This document shows, piece after piece, positions 34,181 to 42,656 of a stretch of DNA of 42,656 nt (positions are counted from its first letter, which is position 1; every line of letters starts with the position of its first letter). The notes beneath the pieces are model-generated. The model saw only the letters and a program-made list of their open reading frames with translations, did no database searches and was not told the origin of the DNA. The stretch lies in IMG/VR virus record IMGVR_UViG_2718218168_000005. One strand, written 5' to 3'. Source of the stretch: a virus. Lineage: Duplodnaviria > Heunggongvirae > Uroviricota > Caudoviricetes. Both the position numbers and the translations under genes were made by a program.

Positions 34181-34599
34181 TGCGCCACGTCCTGAAAATT
34201 ACCCTGATAGAAAGCCAGTATGCGCTGCATAACTTCGCTCTTCCGGCACTCGCGACAGATTATGTTTAGGCGACTGTCGTAGCGACGTATTTCTCCGTCA
34301 GGTGATGACCAGATAAGGTCCGGATCAACCATAGCAGGTTTCTTCACCTTTGCCCTCGAGAGTTTTTTGCGGGCGTTTTGCCAGTCCTTACGCGCCTGTT
34401 CAGAGGGGAATAACCCGTAGCCGGAGTTGTATACATCGCCACTGGCTACCAGCTCTCTGGCAAGAACGCTCATCAGATATCTAGTCGCACCTGTTTTAGC
34501 TTCCAGTTGCCGTAACGTCTCACGGCCGCTCTGGCGCACGAGTTCCACCACCTGCCATTTAATTTTTTCCCGCTCTTCTTGTGTAAAAACTTTTGCCAC
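34177..34599 (-). CDS. hypothetical protein (140 aa) downstream of the replication gene
   Basis: 4-nt overlap with the methyltransferase fragment start; basic central region, C-terminal CxxC; no family recognised. Confidence 0.5.
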   Translation of the reverse strand: MAKVFTQEEREKIKWQVVELVRQSGRETLRQLEAKTGATRYLMSVLARELVASGDVYNSGYGLFPSEQARKDWQNARKKLSRAKVKKPAMVDPDLIWSSPDGEIRRYDSRLNIICRECRKSEVMQRILAFYQGNFQDVAQ

Positions 34600-34639
34600 A
34601 AGTCCCCCTTAAAATTACCTCATGACCTGAAATCAACAC

Positions 34640-35605
34640 TTATCCTCTGAAACCAGGCGGAATTTCTGTATCCGGTTCAGAAATATGATTAACACAACGC
34701 TGTACAGGTGAACGTCCCAGGCGGATGACCAGTTCGTCCCATTTTTCGCGGAGCTTTGACGGGCTCATGATGTTTTTTACCCAGAATGGATCTCGCTGAA
34801 CCCGACCAAACATTTCGCAAATTTGTCTGTGGCTTCTGCCATCCAGCATCCGCATTGTGCGCACGTCATTGGCCCAGGCAGTCCAGTTAGGCTCTTTTGG
34901 TCGCATGATCTCGCCATCATCACTGGCTGCCTGTTCGTAGAGACCCACGATCCGCCCCCAGATCCACTGCGCACACGCCAAATCCTCCCTGCTACCCCAC
35001 TGGCGTTTTTTCGCACTAAACACAACCGCGTCGGAGTTCCGGGTTAAAGAATCCTGTTCAGTCGTCTGCGGGTCCGGTTGCGAAGCTTCCGGACGAAAAG
35101 TGTTTTTATTCTCTGTAGTAATCTCTGTTGTATTCTCTGTAAGATCATCAGGCCATTTTGACCCGATGACATTGGGTCGTTTTGAACCAATGGAGCGTTT
35201 CATTTTGACCTCTTCCATCGTGTCATTTTGACCTGATGGAGCGGCGCATTTTGAACCGATGGATTCGCTCAATTTGCCACCATCTAAAAGCTCGCTCCCA
35301 TAGTTGATCGTGTAGAAATTGGTCATATCGCGCTTTGATTTATTGAGCTTTTCACAACGCAAAAGCCCCAGCGTTTTCAGACTTGCAAACGCGCGCTTTA
35401 ACGTTGACTCTGACCAGAATGGGAACTGTTCCAGCCATTGTTCCGTTGTGTTATAAATCCAGCGAACACCATCACATTCCATGCCGGAGTTGGTATCTCT
35501 CAACCAGTAGTGCAGTTGTTGCAAAACAATGGCTTCGTTTAAGCCAATTTTCATTGCCAGCTGCGTGTTTATAACCAGTGGGCGTTCAGCAAAAAGAAGG
35601 CTCAT
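34640..35605 (-). CDS. Phage replication initiation protein, lambda O-like organisation (321 aa from MSLLFAERP; ORF-track start 35659)
   Basis: Position after cro/cII-like genes; iteron array lies inside the coding sequence; GGATGG upstream of the ATG at 35605. Confidence 0.6.
   Translation of the reverse strand: MSLLFAERPLVINTQLAMKIGLNEAIVLQQLHYWLRDTNSGMECDGVRWIYNTTEQWLEQFPFWSESTLKRAFASLKTLGLLRCEKLNKSKRDMTNFYTINYGSELLDGGKLSESIGSKCAAPSGQNDTMEEVKMKRSIGSKRPNVIGSKWPDDLTENTTEITTENKNTFRPEASQPDPQTTEQDSLTRNSDAVVFSAKKRQWGSREDLACAQWIWGRIVGLYEQAASDDGEIMRPKEPNWTAWANDVRTMRMLDGRSHRQICEMFGRVQRDPFWVKNIMSPSKLREKWDELVIRLGRSPVQRCVNHISEPDTEIPPGFRG
35154..35284. repeat. Iteron array (5 to 6 copies of CATTTTGA(C/A)C(C/T)GATGG at about 23-bp spacing) plus adjacent TCTCTGT repeats: putative replication origin
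   Basis: Repeats start at 35154, 35179, 35201, 35224, 35247 and 35270; TCTCTGT x3 at 35110..35140. Confidence 0.7.
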
Positions 35606-36107
35606 AATTCCATCCAGCTTTTTGTTGGTATTGCTGTCGATACGCAAGCTTGAAAGCAATTGCTTTTTCTATAAGTTCGTCAGTTTCACGATCCACTACG
35701 GCAGGATCAGCAAAAAGCAGTCCGGACTCCACCACATCGCCATATTCTTTGTTTAACCCGGCGATCATGCACGTGATGCTTTTTCCGTCAGTAATTTCAC
35801 GATACAACCTGAAATCACTAATCCGGATAGCCTCCATAATCGCAGGCACTAGCGCCGTGAACTTTTCACGCTTATCCCTGGTGTCGATAGCCTTCCAGCG
35901 TTCGAATATCTTCACTCGATTAACACCAAGCGCTCGCTGATCAACCGCGCCACCTTCATCTGTGACACGCTGAACATCGATGTTCGGGCGCTCTTTCAAA
36001 GCCCAGAATGCTTCAGTGATTAATATCGTCGCCTGCTCCTGTGTCATTCCTGGTCGACATATCCAGGCATCCAGAGCCTCACGAGCCTGTTCAGGAGTGA
36101 TTTTCAT
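35586..36107 (-). CDS. hypothetical protein at the cII position, possibly YdaT-like regulator (173 aa)
   Basis: Directly downstream of the cro-like dicC with 17-nt overlap; YdaT-likeness is from weak recalled similarity only. Confidence 0.45.
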   Translation of the reverse strand: MKITPEQAREALDAWICRPGMTQEQATILITEAFWALKERPNIDVQRVTDEGGAVDQRALGVNRVKIFERWKAIDTRDKREKFTALVPAIMEAIRISDFRLYREITDGKSITCMIAGLNKEYGDVVESGLLFADPAVVDRETDELIEKAIAFKLAYRQQYQQKAGWNYEPSFC

Positions 36108-36318
36108 TGTTCAACCGCCCCGCCCGCTTCGTCTTACGATATTCATCATAAACTTTGGGATCATACTGAAGCTCCCCGCCAGATGCCTCCTGTAGACGCA
36201 TCGCGCGACCTTCAGGAACCAGTATCCCCCAAGCAGCAACACTTGCCAGCCTCACTCCTGCGGCATTGGCAAGCTTTGTTTTGCTGCCAAAAAAAGTAAT
36301 TGCGTCAACTTTAAGCAT
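36091..36318 (-). CDS. dicC: DicC, Cro-like regulator (75 aa from MLKVDAITFFG)
   Basis: Matches recalled DicC; GAGGGGGG SD upstream of the ATG at 36318; divergent from dicA. Confidence 0.85.
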   Translation of the reverse strand: MLKVDAITFFGSKTKLANAAGVRLASVAAWGILVPEGRAMRLQEASGGELQYDPKVYDEYRKTKRAGRLNNENHS

Positions 36319-36332
36319 CAAAGCCCCCCTCT

Positions 36333-36350
36333 TGTTAGACTTTTCTAACA
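36333..36350. promoter_or_regulatory. Operator palindrome TGTTAGA-N4-TCTAACA in the dicC/dicA intergenic region
   Basis: Perfect 7-bp inverted repeat with 4-bp spacer just upstream of the dicC start. Confidence 0.6.
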
Positions 36351-36399
36351 TTATTGTGCGCGGGATACCTAAGTCAAGAAAAATTAGAATTACCTAACT

Positions 36400-36807
36400 A
36401 TGGATACAAGAACCCTGGGCCAGCGAGTTCTGGCGCGACGAAAAGAATTACGCTTAACACAACGAGAAGCCGCGCGCCTCGCTGGAGTTGCTCACGTCAC
36501 AATTTCACAATGGGAAAGAGACGAAACCCAGCCAGTCGGAAAACGATTGTTTGCTTTAGCGGATGCTCTGAAGTGCTCACCTACATGGCTAATGTTTGGT
36601 GACGAAGACAAGGCACCAGTGCCTGCACAAGAACTTCATGTGGAAACAGAGCTAACTCCCAACCACAAAGAATTGATCGAATTATTCGATGCTCTTCCAT
36701 CTTCCGAGCAGGAAGCCTTGCTGTCTGAAATGCGCGCAAGAGTAGAAAACTTCAACAAACTCTTCGAAGAAATGCTTAAAGCGCGTAAAAATAAATCAAT
36801 AAAATAA
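36400..36807 (+). CDS. dicA: DicA, CI-like HTH repressor (135 aa)
   Basis: Matches recalled DicA (MDTRTLGQRVLARRKELRLTQREAARLAGVAHVTISQWERDETQP...). Confidence 0.92.
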   Translation: MDTRTLGQRVLARRKELRLTQREAARLAGVAHVTISQWERDETQPVGKRLFALADALKCSPTWLMFGDEDKAPVPAQELHVETELTPNHKELIELFDALPSSEQEALLSEMRARVENFNKLFEEMLKARKNKSIK

Positions 36808-36842
36808 CATTCTTTTCAAGTGATTAGTTGCGCCCACCCTTT

Positions 36843-36862
36843 TTGTTAGATCAATCTAACAA
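36843..36862. promoter_or_regulatory. Second operator palindrome TTGTTAGAT-CA-ATCTAACAA between dicA and ydfA
   Basis: Perfect 9-bp inverted repeat with the same TGTTAGA-N4-TCTAACA core as 36333..36350. Confidence 0.6.
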
Positions 36863-36879
36863 AAAACACTTGCCTCTCA

Positions 36880-36897
36880 TGTTAGGTTATTCTAAAT
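36880..36897. promoter_or_regulatory. Third, degenerate operator-like site TGTTAGG-N4-TCTAAAT
   Basis: One mismatch per half-site relative to the other two sites. Confidence 0.35.
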
Positions 36898-36975
36898 TAT
36901 TTTCCATCAAGACACCGCACGGTGTTCTCAGCAAACAGTTCCGCTACCCCGGCGTTAAGGGGAAATGAGGTCAGC

Positions 36976-37131
36976 ATGGATACTATCGATCTTGGCAACA
37001 GCGAATCTCTGGTATGTGGCGTGTTCCCCAACCAGGACGGTACGTTCACCGCGATGACGTATACCAAAAGCAAAACGTTTAAAACCGAAAATGGTGCCCG
37101 TCGCTGGCTGGAAAGAAACCCAGGTGAGTGA
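36976..37131 (+). CDS. ydfA: YdfA-like small protein (51 aa)
   Basis: MDTIDLGNSESLVCGVFPNQDG...; GAGG SD upstream of the ATG at 36976. Confidence 0.75.
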   Translation: MDTIDLGNSESLVCGVFPNQDGTFTAMTYTKSKTFKTENGARRWLERNPGE

Positions 37132-37132
37132 T

Positions 37133-37261
37133 ATGGATTTCGACACAATCATGGAAAAGGCTTACGAAGAATACTTCGAAGGTCTTGCCGACGGCGAAGA
37201 AGCTCTCAGCTTCAACGAATTTAAACAGGCGCTTTCCAGTTCGGCAAAATCTAACGGCTGA
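37133..37261 (+). CDS. ydfB: YdfB-like small acidic protein (42 aa)
   Basis: Hand-translated MDFDTIMEKAYEEYFEGLADGEEALSFNEFKQALSSSAKSNG; starts 1 nt after the ydfA stop. Confidence 0.7.
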   Translation: MDFDTIMEKAYEEYFEGLADGEEALSFNEFKQALSSSAKSNG

Positions 37262-37290
37262 TAAGCGAAACAGCACCGCGAGGAATCAGT

Positions 37291-37509
37291 ATGCAGAAAC
37301 GAGAACCCGTCATCATCGCGCCAGACTATACCGATGATGAACTTTATGAGTGGATGCGCCAGAAAATTAATGCAGCGCAGGATTTGAAATGGGCCAATGA
37401 AACCAGGGCTAAGCAGGCTGAAAATCTGTCCGCTCTGGAGCAGGATATCACCAATCTGGAAAAAGCAGCGGCATTAAGCATTGCCAGAATGATTACATAC
37501 CCGCGTTAG
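37291..37509 (+). CDS. ydfC: YdfC-like protein (72 aa)
   Basis: ORF-track protein; position in the dicB operon. Confidence 0.7.
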   Translation: MQKREPVIIAPDYTDDELYEWMRQKINAAQDLKWANETRAKQAENLSALEQDITNLEKAAALSIARMITYPR

Positions 37510-37849
37510 TAGCTAATCAACAAAGCTAAGGTTAGTAATTAAGGAGTTCTCCACGGGTGAGGTGGAGTGCGTGCGCCGGACACGGGTGAGCATCCGGCAC
37601 TGACAGTTTACTGAAAGGATATTTCCCTGAAAAGTCAGACCATAACGCGAAAGCGCACGGCGAGGTAGCTGGTTCATAGATAGCCTGTCGTTAAATTTTC
37701 GTCGACCGTGCGCTTCCGGTTGTGGCAACCCGCGAAATGGCGCGGCGGTAAGTATGGCGGGGTTATTCCTTCCCCGTTGAGGACACCGGGTTGTCAGGTT
37801 GACCATACGCTTAAGTGACAACCCCGCTGCAACGCCCTCTGTTATCAAT

Positions 37850-37906
37850 TTTCTGGTGACGTTTGGCGGTATCAGTTTTACTCCGTGACTGCTCTGCCGC
37901 CCTTTT
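37850..37906 (+). ncRNA. dicF: DicF small regulatory RNA (ftsZ-targeting sRNA) with intrinsic terminator
   Basis: Sequence TTTCTGGTGACGTTTGGCGGTATCAGTTTTACTCCGTGACTGCTCTGCCGCCCTTTTT matches recalled DicF; ends are approximate. Confidence 0.85.
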
Positions 37907-38076
37907 TAAAGTGAATTTTGTGATGTGGTGAATGCGGCTGAGCGCACGCGGAACAGTTAAAACCAAAAACAGTGTTATGGGTGGATTCTCTGTATCCGGC
38001 GTTAATTGTTAACTGGTTAACGTCACCTGGAGGCACCAGGCACTGCATCACAAAATTCATTGTTGAGGACGCGATA

Positions 38077-38265
38077 ATGAAAACGTTATTACCAAACGTT
38101 AATACGTCTGAAGGTTGTTTTGAAATTGGTGTCACTATCAGTAACCCAGTATTTACTGAAGATGCCATTAACAAGAGAAAACAAGAACGGGAGCTATTAA
38201 ATAAAATATGCATTGTTTCAATGCTGGCTCGTTTACGTCTGATGCCAAAAGGATGTGCACAATGA
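38077..38265 (+). CDS. dicB: DicB cell-division inhibitor (62 aa)
   Basis: MKTLLPNVNTSEGCFEIGVTISNPVF... matches recalled DicB. Confidence 0.9.
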   Translation: MKTLLPNVNTSEGCFEIGVTISNPVFTEDAINKRKQERELLNKICIVSMLARLRLMPKGCAQ

Positions 38266-38453
38266 ATTCAGCATTTGTGCTTGTTCTGACAGTTTTTCTT
38301 GTTTCCGGAGAGCCAGTTGATATTGCAGTCAGTGTGCACAGGACAATGCAGGAGTGTATGACTGCAGCAACCGAACAGAAAATTCCCGGTAACTGTTACC
38401 CGGTCGATAAAGTTATTCACCAGGATAATATCGAAATCCCGGCAGGTCTTTAA
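38262..38453 (+). CDS. ydfD: YdfD-like small membrane/lysis protein (63 aa)
   Basis: ATGA overlap with the dicB stop; N-terminal hydrophobic segment. Confidence 0.8.
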   Translation: MNSAFVLVLTVFLVSGEPVDIAVSVHRTMQECMTAATEQKIPGNCYPVDKVIHQDNIEIPAGL

Positions 38454-38545
38454 AACAGTTCCGTAATAAATATCCGGTTTCATTCTTATATGCCAGCAAT
38501 GGCAGGGATTTGTTCATCCTTAAATCTGTCATGAGGTTAAAACAA

Positions 38546-41017
38546 ATGAGTAAAGTCTTTATTTGCGCCGCTATTCCTGACGAACTGGCAACAAGGGAAG
38601 AAGGCGCTGTGGCTGTAGCCACAGCCATTGAAGCTGGCGACGAACGCCGTGCTCGAGCAAAATTTCACTGGCAATTCCTGGAACATTATCCGGCTGCTCA
38701 GGACTGCGCTTATAAATTTATTGTCTGCGAGGATAAACCTGGCATACCCCGCCCTGCCCTCGATTCATGGGATGCTGAATATATGCAGGAAAACCGCTGG
38801 GATGAGGAGTCTGCTTCTTTTGTCCCGGTTGAGACTGAATCCGATCCGATGAACGTCACTTTTGACAAGCTGGCCCCTGAAGTACAGAACGCTGTCATGG
38901 TTAAGTTCGACACATGTGAAAACATCACCGTTGATATGGTTATTAGCGCACAGGAATTGTTGCAGGAAGACATGGCAACATTCGACGGACATATCGTTGA
39001 AGCGTTGATGAAAATGCCAGAAGTTAACGCCATGTATCCGGAGCTTAAGTTGCACGCCATTGGGTGGGTTAAGCATAAATGTATTCCTGGTGCTAAATGG
39101 CCCGAAATTCAGGCAGAGATGCGCATCTGGAAAAAACGTCGCGAAGGTGAACGCAAGGAAACCGGAAAATACACGTCTGTTGTTGATCTCGCCCGCGCCA
39201 GAGCCAATCAACAGTACACTGAAAATTCAACAGGAAAAATCAGCCCGGTCATTGCTGCCATTCATCGCGAATACAAGCAGACATGGAAAACACTGGATGA
39301 CGAACTGGCCTACGCTCTCTGGCCTGGTGATGTGGATGCCGGAAACATTGACGGCAGCATCCATCGCTGGGCAAAAAAAGAAGTTATCGACAACGACCGC
39401 GAAGACTGGAAGCGTATCTCGGCATCAATGCGCAAACAGCCTGATGCCCTTCGCTACGACCGCCAAACTATTTTTGGCCTTGTCCGTGAGCGTCCGATCG
39501 ACATTCACAAAGATCCCGTAGCACTGAACAAATATATCTGCGAATACCTGACGACAAAGGGCGTGTTTGAGAATGAAGAAACAGACCTGGGCACTGTTGA
39601 TGTTCTCCAGTCATCAGAAACACAAACTGATGCAGTGGAAACTGAGGTATCTGATATCCCAAAAAATGAAACCGCGCCGGAAGCTGAACCATCTGTAGAG
39701 CGTGAGGGGCCGTTCTATTTCCTCTTCGCAGATAAGGACGGAGAAAAATACGGTCGCGCAAACAAACTCTCTGGTCTGGATAAGGCACTGGCTGCTGGCG
39801 CCACTGAAATCACAAAAGAAGAATATTTTGCCCGAAAAAATGGCACATACACGGGCTTACCGCAAAATGTAGATACCGCTGAAGATTCAGAACAACCAGA
39901 GCCGATAAAAGTTACCGCTGACGAAGTAAACAAAATTATGCAGGCAGCCAATATCAGCCAGCCTGACGCCGATAAGTTGCTTGCTGCATCACGTGGTGAA
40001 TTTGTTGAAGGGATTAGTGACCCGAATGATCCGAAATGGGTTAAGGGGCTCCAGACCCGCGATTCTGTGAACCAGAACCAGCATGAATCGGAACGGAACT
40101 ACCAAAAAGCGGAACAAAACAGTCCAAATGCGTTACAAAACGAGCCAGAAACGAAACAGCCTGAACCAGTAGCGCAACAGGAAGTGGAAAAAGTCTGCAC
40201 CGCCTGCGGTCAGACCGGCGGCGGCAACTGCCCTGATTGTGGCGCGGTGATGGGCGACGCAACATACCAAGAAACATTCGATGAAGAGTATCAGGTTGAA
40301 GTTCAGGAAGATGATCCGGAGGAAATGGAAGGCGCTGAACATCCACACAAGGAGAACACTGGCGGCAATCAGCATCACAATAGCGATAATGAAACTGGCG
40401 AGACGGCAGATCACCCAATTAAGGTGAACGGTCATCACGAAATCACATCCACCAGCAGGACGTGTGACCATCTAATGATCGACCTTGAAACCATGGGAAA
40501 AAATCCTGATGCCCCGATCATCTCAATAGGTGCAATATTTTTCGATCCGCAAACCGGAGATATGGGACCGGAATTTAGTAAGACTATCGATCTGGAAACT
40601 GCTGGCGGAGTCATTGATCGGGACACCATTAAATGGTGGCTTAAGCAATCACGCGAAGCGCAATCTGCCATTATGACCGATGAAATCCCGTTAGATGATG
40701 CACTGTTACAATTGCGAGAATTTATCGACGAAAACTCCGGTGAATTTTTTGTTCAGGTTTGGGGAAATGGAGCCAACTTCGACAACACGATTTTGCGCCG
40801 TTCATACGAACGGCAGGGGATCCCCTGCCCGTGGCGTTACTACAACGATCGCGATGTACGCACAATCGTTGAGCTGGGGAAAGCCATAGACTTCGATGCC
40901 AGAACGGCTATTCCATTCGAAGGTGAGCGCCATAATGCACTTGATGACGCCCGTTACCAGGCAAAATACGTTTCAGTTATCTGGCAAAAACTGATCCCGA
41001 GTCAGGCTGATTCTTAA
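38546..41017 (+). CDS. ydfE: Large prophage protein (823 aa): N-terminal domain of unknown function, CxxC-x10-CxxC zinc ribbon, C-terminal DEDDh (DnaQ-like) 3'-5' exonuclease domain; intact counterpart of the K-12 ydfE fragment
   Basis: Exo motifs DLET (I), WGNGANFD (II), HNALDDARY (III); GAGG upstream of the ATG at 38546; the ORF-track frame begins at a TTG at 38510. Confidence 0.8.
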   Translation: MSKVFICAAIPDELATREEGAVAVATAIEAGDERRARAKFHWQFLEHYPAAQDCAYKFIVCEDKPGIPRPALDSWDAEYMQENRWDEESASFVPVETESDPMNVTFDKLAPEVQNAVMVKFDTCENITVDMVISAQELLQEDMATFDGHIVEALMKMPEVNAMYPELKLHAIGWVKHKCIPGAKWPEIQAEMRIWKKRREGERKETGKYTSVVDLARARANQQYTENSTGKISPVIAAIHREYKQTWKTLDDELAYALWPGDVDAGNIDGSIHRWAKKEVIDNDREDWKRISASMRKQPDALRYDRQTIFGLVRERPIDIHKDPVALNKYICEYLTTKGVFENEETDLGTVDVLQSSETQTDAVETEVSDIPKNETAPEAEPSVEREGPFYFLFADKDGEKYGRANKLSGLDKALAAGATEITKEEYFARKNGTYTGLPQNVDTAEDSEQPEPIKVTADEVNKIMQAANISQPDADKLLAASRGEFVEGISDPNDPKWVKGLQTRDSVNQNQHESERNYQKAEQNSPNALQNEPETKQPEPVAQQEVEKVCTACGQTGGGNCPDCGAVMGDATYQETFDEEYQVEVQEDDPEEMEGAEHPHKENTGGNQHHNSDNETGETADHPIKVNGHHEITSTSRTCDHLMIDLETMGKNPDAPIISIGAIFFDPQTGDMGPEFSKTIDLETAGGVIDRDTIKWWLKQSREAQSAIMTDEIPLDDALLQLREFIDENSGEFFVQVWGNGANFDNTILRRSYERQGIPCPWRYYNDRDVRTIVELGKAIDFDARTAIPFEGERHNALDDARYQAKYVSVIWQKLIPSQADS

Positions 41018-41089
41018 TGTTCAACTGTCGCCGGTTGTGACTGGTATTCTGCAACCGGCGCTCGTCTGATGTAAGAGATAAAGAAATCG

Positions 41090-41341
41090 ATGAGCGAAGT
41101 AATCATGATTGTCTCTCCCGGCAAATGGGTATCCGAAGAGCAGTTAATTGCGCTGAAAGGAATAAAAAAAGGTACGTTAAAAAAGGCCCGGGAAAAATCG
41201 TTTATGGAAGGAAGGGAATATAAGCATGTCGCTCATGACGGTATGCCATGGGATAACAGTCCATGCTTTTACAACCTGGAAGAAATTGATCGCTGGATTG
41301 AGCGCCAGGCATCAGCGAGACCAAGACGTCATCTTACTTGA
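41090..41341 (+). CDS. Excisionase-like protein (83 aa)
   Basis: Small protein immediately upstream of the integrase gene; start uncertain (41090 or 41105). Confidence 0.55.
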   Translation: MSEVIMIVSPGKWVSEEQLIALKGIKKGTLKKAREKSFMEGREYKHVAHDGMPWDNSPCFYNLEEIDRWIERQASARPRRHLT

Positions 41342-41375
41342 CTAAAAGTCACACTAACTAATGAGAGAAGTTGAA

Positions 41376-42656
41376 ATGAAATATCCGACAGGCGTGGAAA
41401 ACCATGGAGGGAAATTACGTATCTGGTTTGTTTATAAAGACGTAAGAGTCAGGGAAAATCTGGGGGTTCCTGACACAGCAAAAAACAGGCGCGTTGCAGG
41501 TGAACTACGCTCCTCTGTTTGTTACGCAATAAAAACTGGTGTTTTCGACTATGCAAAACAGTTTCCCTCCTCACGCAATCTGGAAAAATTTGGTGAGGCC
41601 CGACAAGATTTAACCATAAAAGAACTGGCTGAAAAATTTCTGGCGCTGAAAGAAACTGAAGTCGCCAAAACATCACTCAACACATACCGTGCCGTCATCA
41701 AAAATATCCTGAGCATAATCGGTGAAAAAAATCTTGCCTCATCGATTAATAAAGAAAAATTACTGGAGGTTCGTAAAGAGTTACTGACTGGATACCAGAT
41801 CCCCAAAAGTAACTATATTGTTACACAACCAGGGAGATCGGCTGTAACTGTAAATAATTACATGACAAATCTTAACGCCGTGTTCCAGTTTGGTGTTGAT
41901 AACGGTTACCTGGCAGATAATCCGTTTAAGGGGATCTCGCCATTAAAGGAATCAAGAACCATTCCGGATCCTCTTTCGCGGGAAGAATTTATCCGTCTTA
42001 TCGATGCGTGCAGAAATCAGCAAGCAAAAAATTTATGGTGTGTTTCTGTTTATACTGGAGTTCGCCTTGGTGAGCTGTGTGCACTTGGATGGGAGGACAT
42101 AGATCTGAAAAATGGAACAATGATGATCAGGAGAAATTTAGCAAAAGACCGTTTCACGGTACCAAAAACACAGGCGGGAACCAATCGGGTCATTCATCTT
42201 ATTAAGCCAGCAATCGACGCTCTCCGGAGTCAGATGACATTAACGAGACTGAGCAAAGAGCATATCATTGATGTTCACCTCAGAGAGTATGGCAGAACAG
42301 AAAAACAAAAATGCACCTTTGTTTTTCAACCTGAAGTGTCAGCGAGAGTAAAAAATTATGGTGACCATTTTACCGTTGACTCAATAAGGCAGATGTGGGA
42401 CGCAGCGATAAAACGTGCCGGACTCCGCCATCGAAAATCATATCAGTCGAGACATACTTATGCCTGCTGGTCGCTGACAGCTGGTGCTAACCCGGCATTT
42501 ATAGCAAACCAGATGGGCCATGCAGATGCGCAAATGGTATTTCAGGTATACGGAAAATGGATGTCTGAAAACAATAATGCACAGGTAGCTTTGTTAAATA
42601 CACAGTTAAGCGAGTTTGCCCCAACCATGCCCCATAACGAAGCAATGAAAAATTAA
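41376..42656 (+). CDS. intQ: Tyrosine integrase, lambda Int family (426 aa), apparently intact
   Basis: C-terminal catalytic region with R (GVRLGE), H-x-x-R (SRHTYACW) and HADAQMVFQVYGKW containing the catalytic Tyr; stop codon at 42654..42656. Confidence 0.85.
   Translation: MKYPTGVENHGGKLRIWFVYKDVRVRENLGVPDTAKNRRVAGELRSSVCYAIKTGVFDYAKQFPSSRNLEKFGEARQDLTIKELAEKFLALKETEVAKTSLNTYRAVIKNILSIIGEKNLASSINKEKLLEVRKELLTGYQIPKSNYIVTQPGRSAVTVNNYMTNLNAVFQFGVDNGYLADNPFKGISPLKESRTIPDPLSREEFIRLIDACRNQQAKNLWCVSVYTGVRLGELCALGWEDIDLKNGTMMIRRNLAKDRFTVPKTQAGTNRVIHLIKPAIDALRSQMTLTRLSKEHIIDVHLREYGRTEKQKCTFVFQPEVSARVKNYGDHFTVDSIRQMWDAAIKRAGLRHRKSYQSRHTYACWSLTAGANPAFIANQMGHADAQMVFQVYGKWMSENNNAQVALLNTQLSEFAPTMPHNEAMKN

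Noticed and set aside
35154-35284. Regularly spaced short repeats that might suggest a CRISPR array
   Set aside because: Repeats are about 15 bp at 23-bp spacing, imperfect and inside a coding gene; this fits replication-origin iterons, and there are no cas genes

Overview
The window is almost entirely one defective lambdoid prophage (about 1285 to beyond 42656) inserted next to, and apparently truncating, an MFS transporter gene (ydfJ-like, 1..1284, minus strand). All calls rest on reading the sequence and the supplied ORF track against recalled phage lambda and E. coli K-12 Qin/Rac proteins; no database search or computation was run. The prophage is a mosaic. (1) A contiguous lambda-type packaging/head/tail module lies on the minus strand: cos, Nu1, A, W, B, C, D, E, FI, FII, Z, U, V, G/G-T, H, M, L, K, I and only the first ~57 codons of J. 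(2) J is cut by a complete IS3 (3254..4511) that abuts an intact Pin-family DNA invertase and ydfK; the side-tail-fibre/invertible segment is absent. (3) A Qin-type accessory and lysis region follows (RHH-like ORF, ydfO, gnsB, ynfN-like, cspI, Rz/Rz1, lysozyme, ydfR, class II holin, cspB, cspF, Q antiterminator, ydfU, hokD-relE-relB, ydfV, flxA). (4) An rve-type DDE transposase gene sits beside an AT-rich stretch of small ORFs and a truncated methyltransferase. (5) The immunity/replication region has dicA and dicC with operator palindromes, a YdaT-like gene, and an O-like replication gene with an internal iteron origin. (6) The leftward operon runs ydfA-ydfB-ydfC-dicF-dicB-ydfD into an intact 823-aa ydfE with a C-terminal DEDDh exonuclease domain, then an excisionase-like gene and an intact tyrosine integrase at the window edge. 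No CRISPR array, tRNA or rRNA was recognised. I found no clearly novel multi-gene system; the items most worth follow-up are ydfE, the transposase-adjacent cargo, the layout between Q and the holin, and the origin and operator sites.
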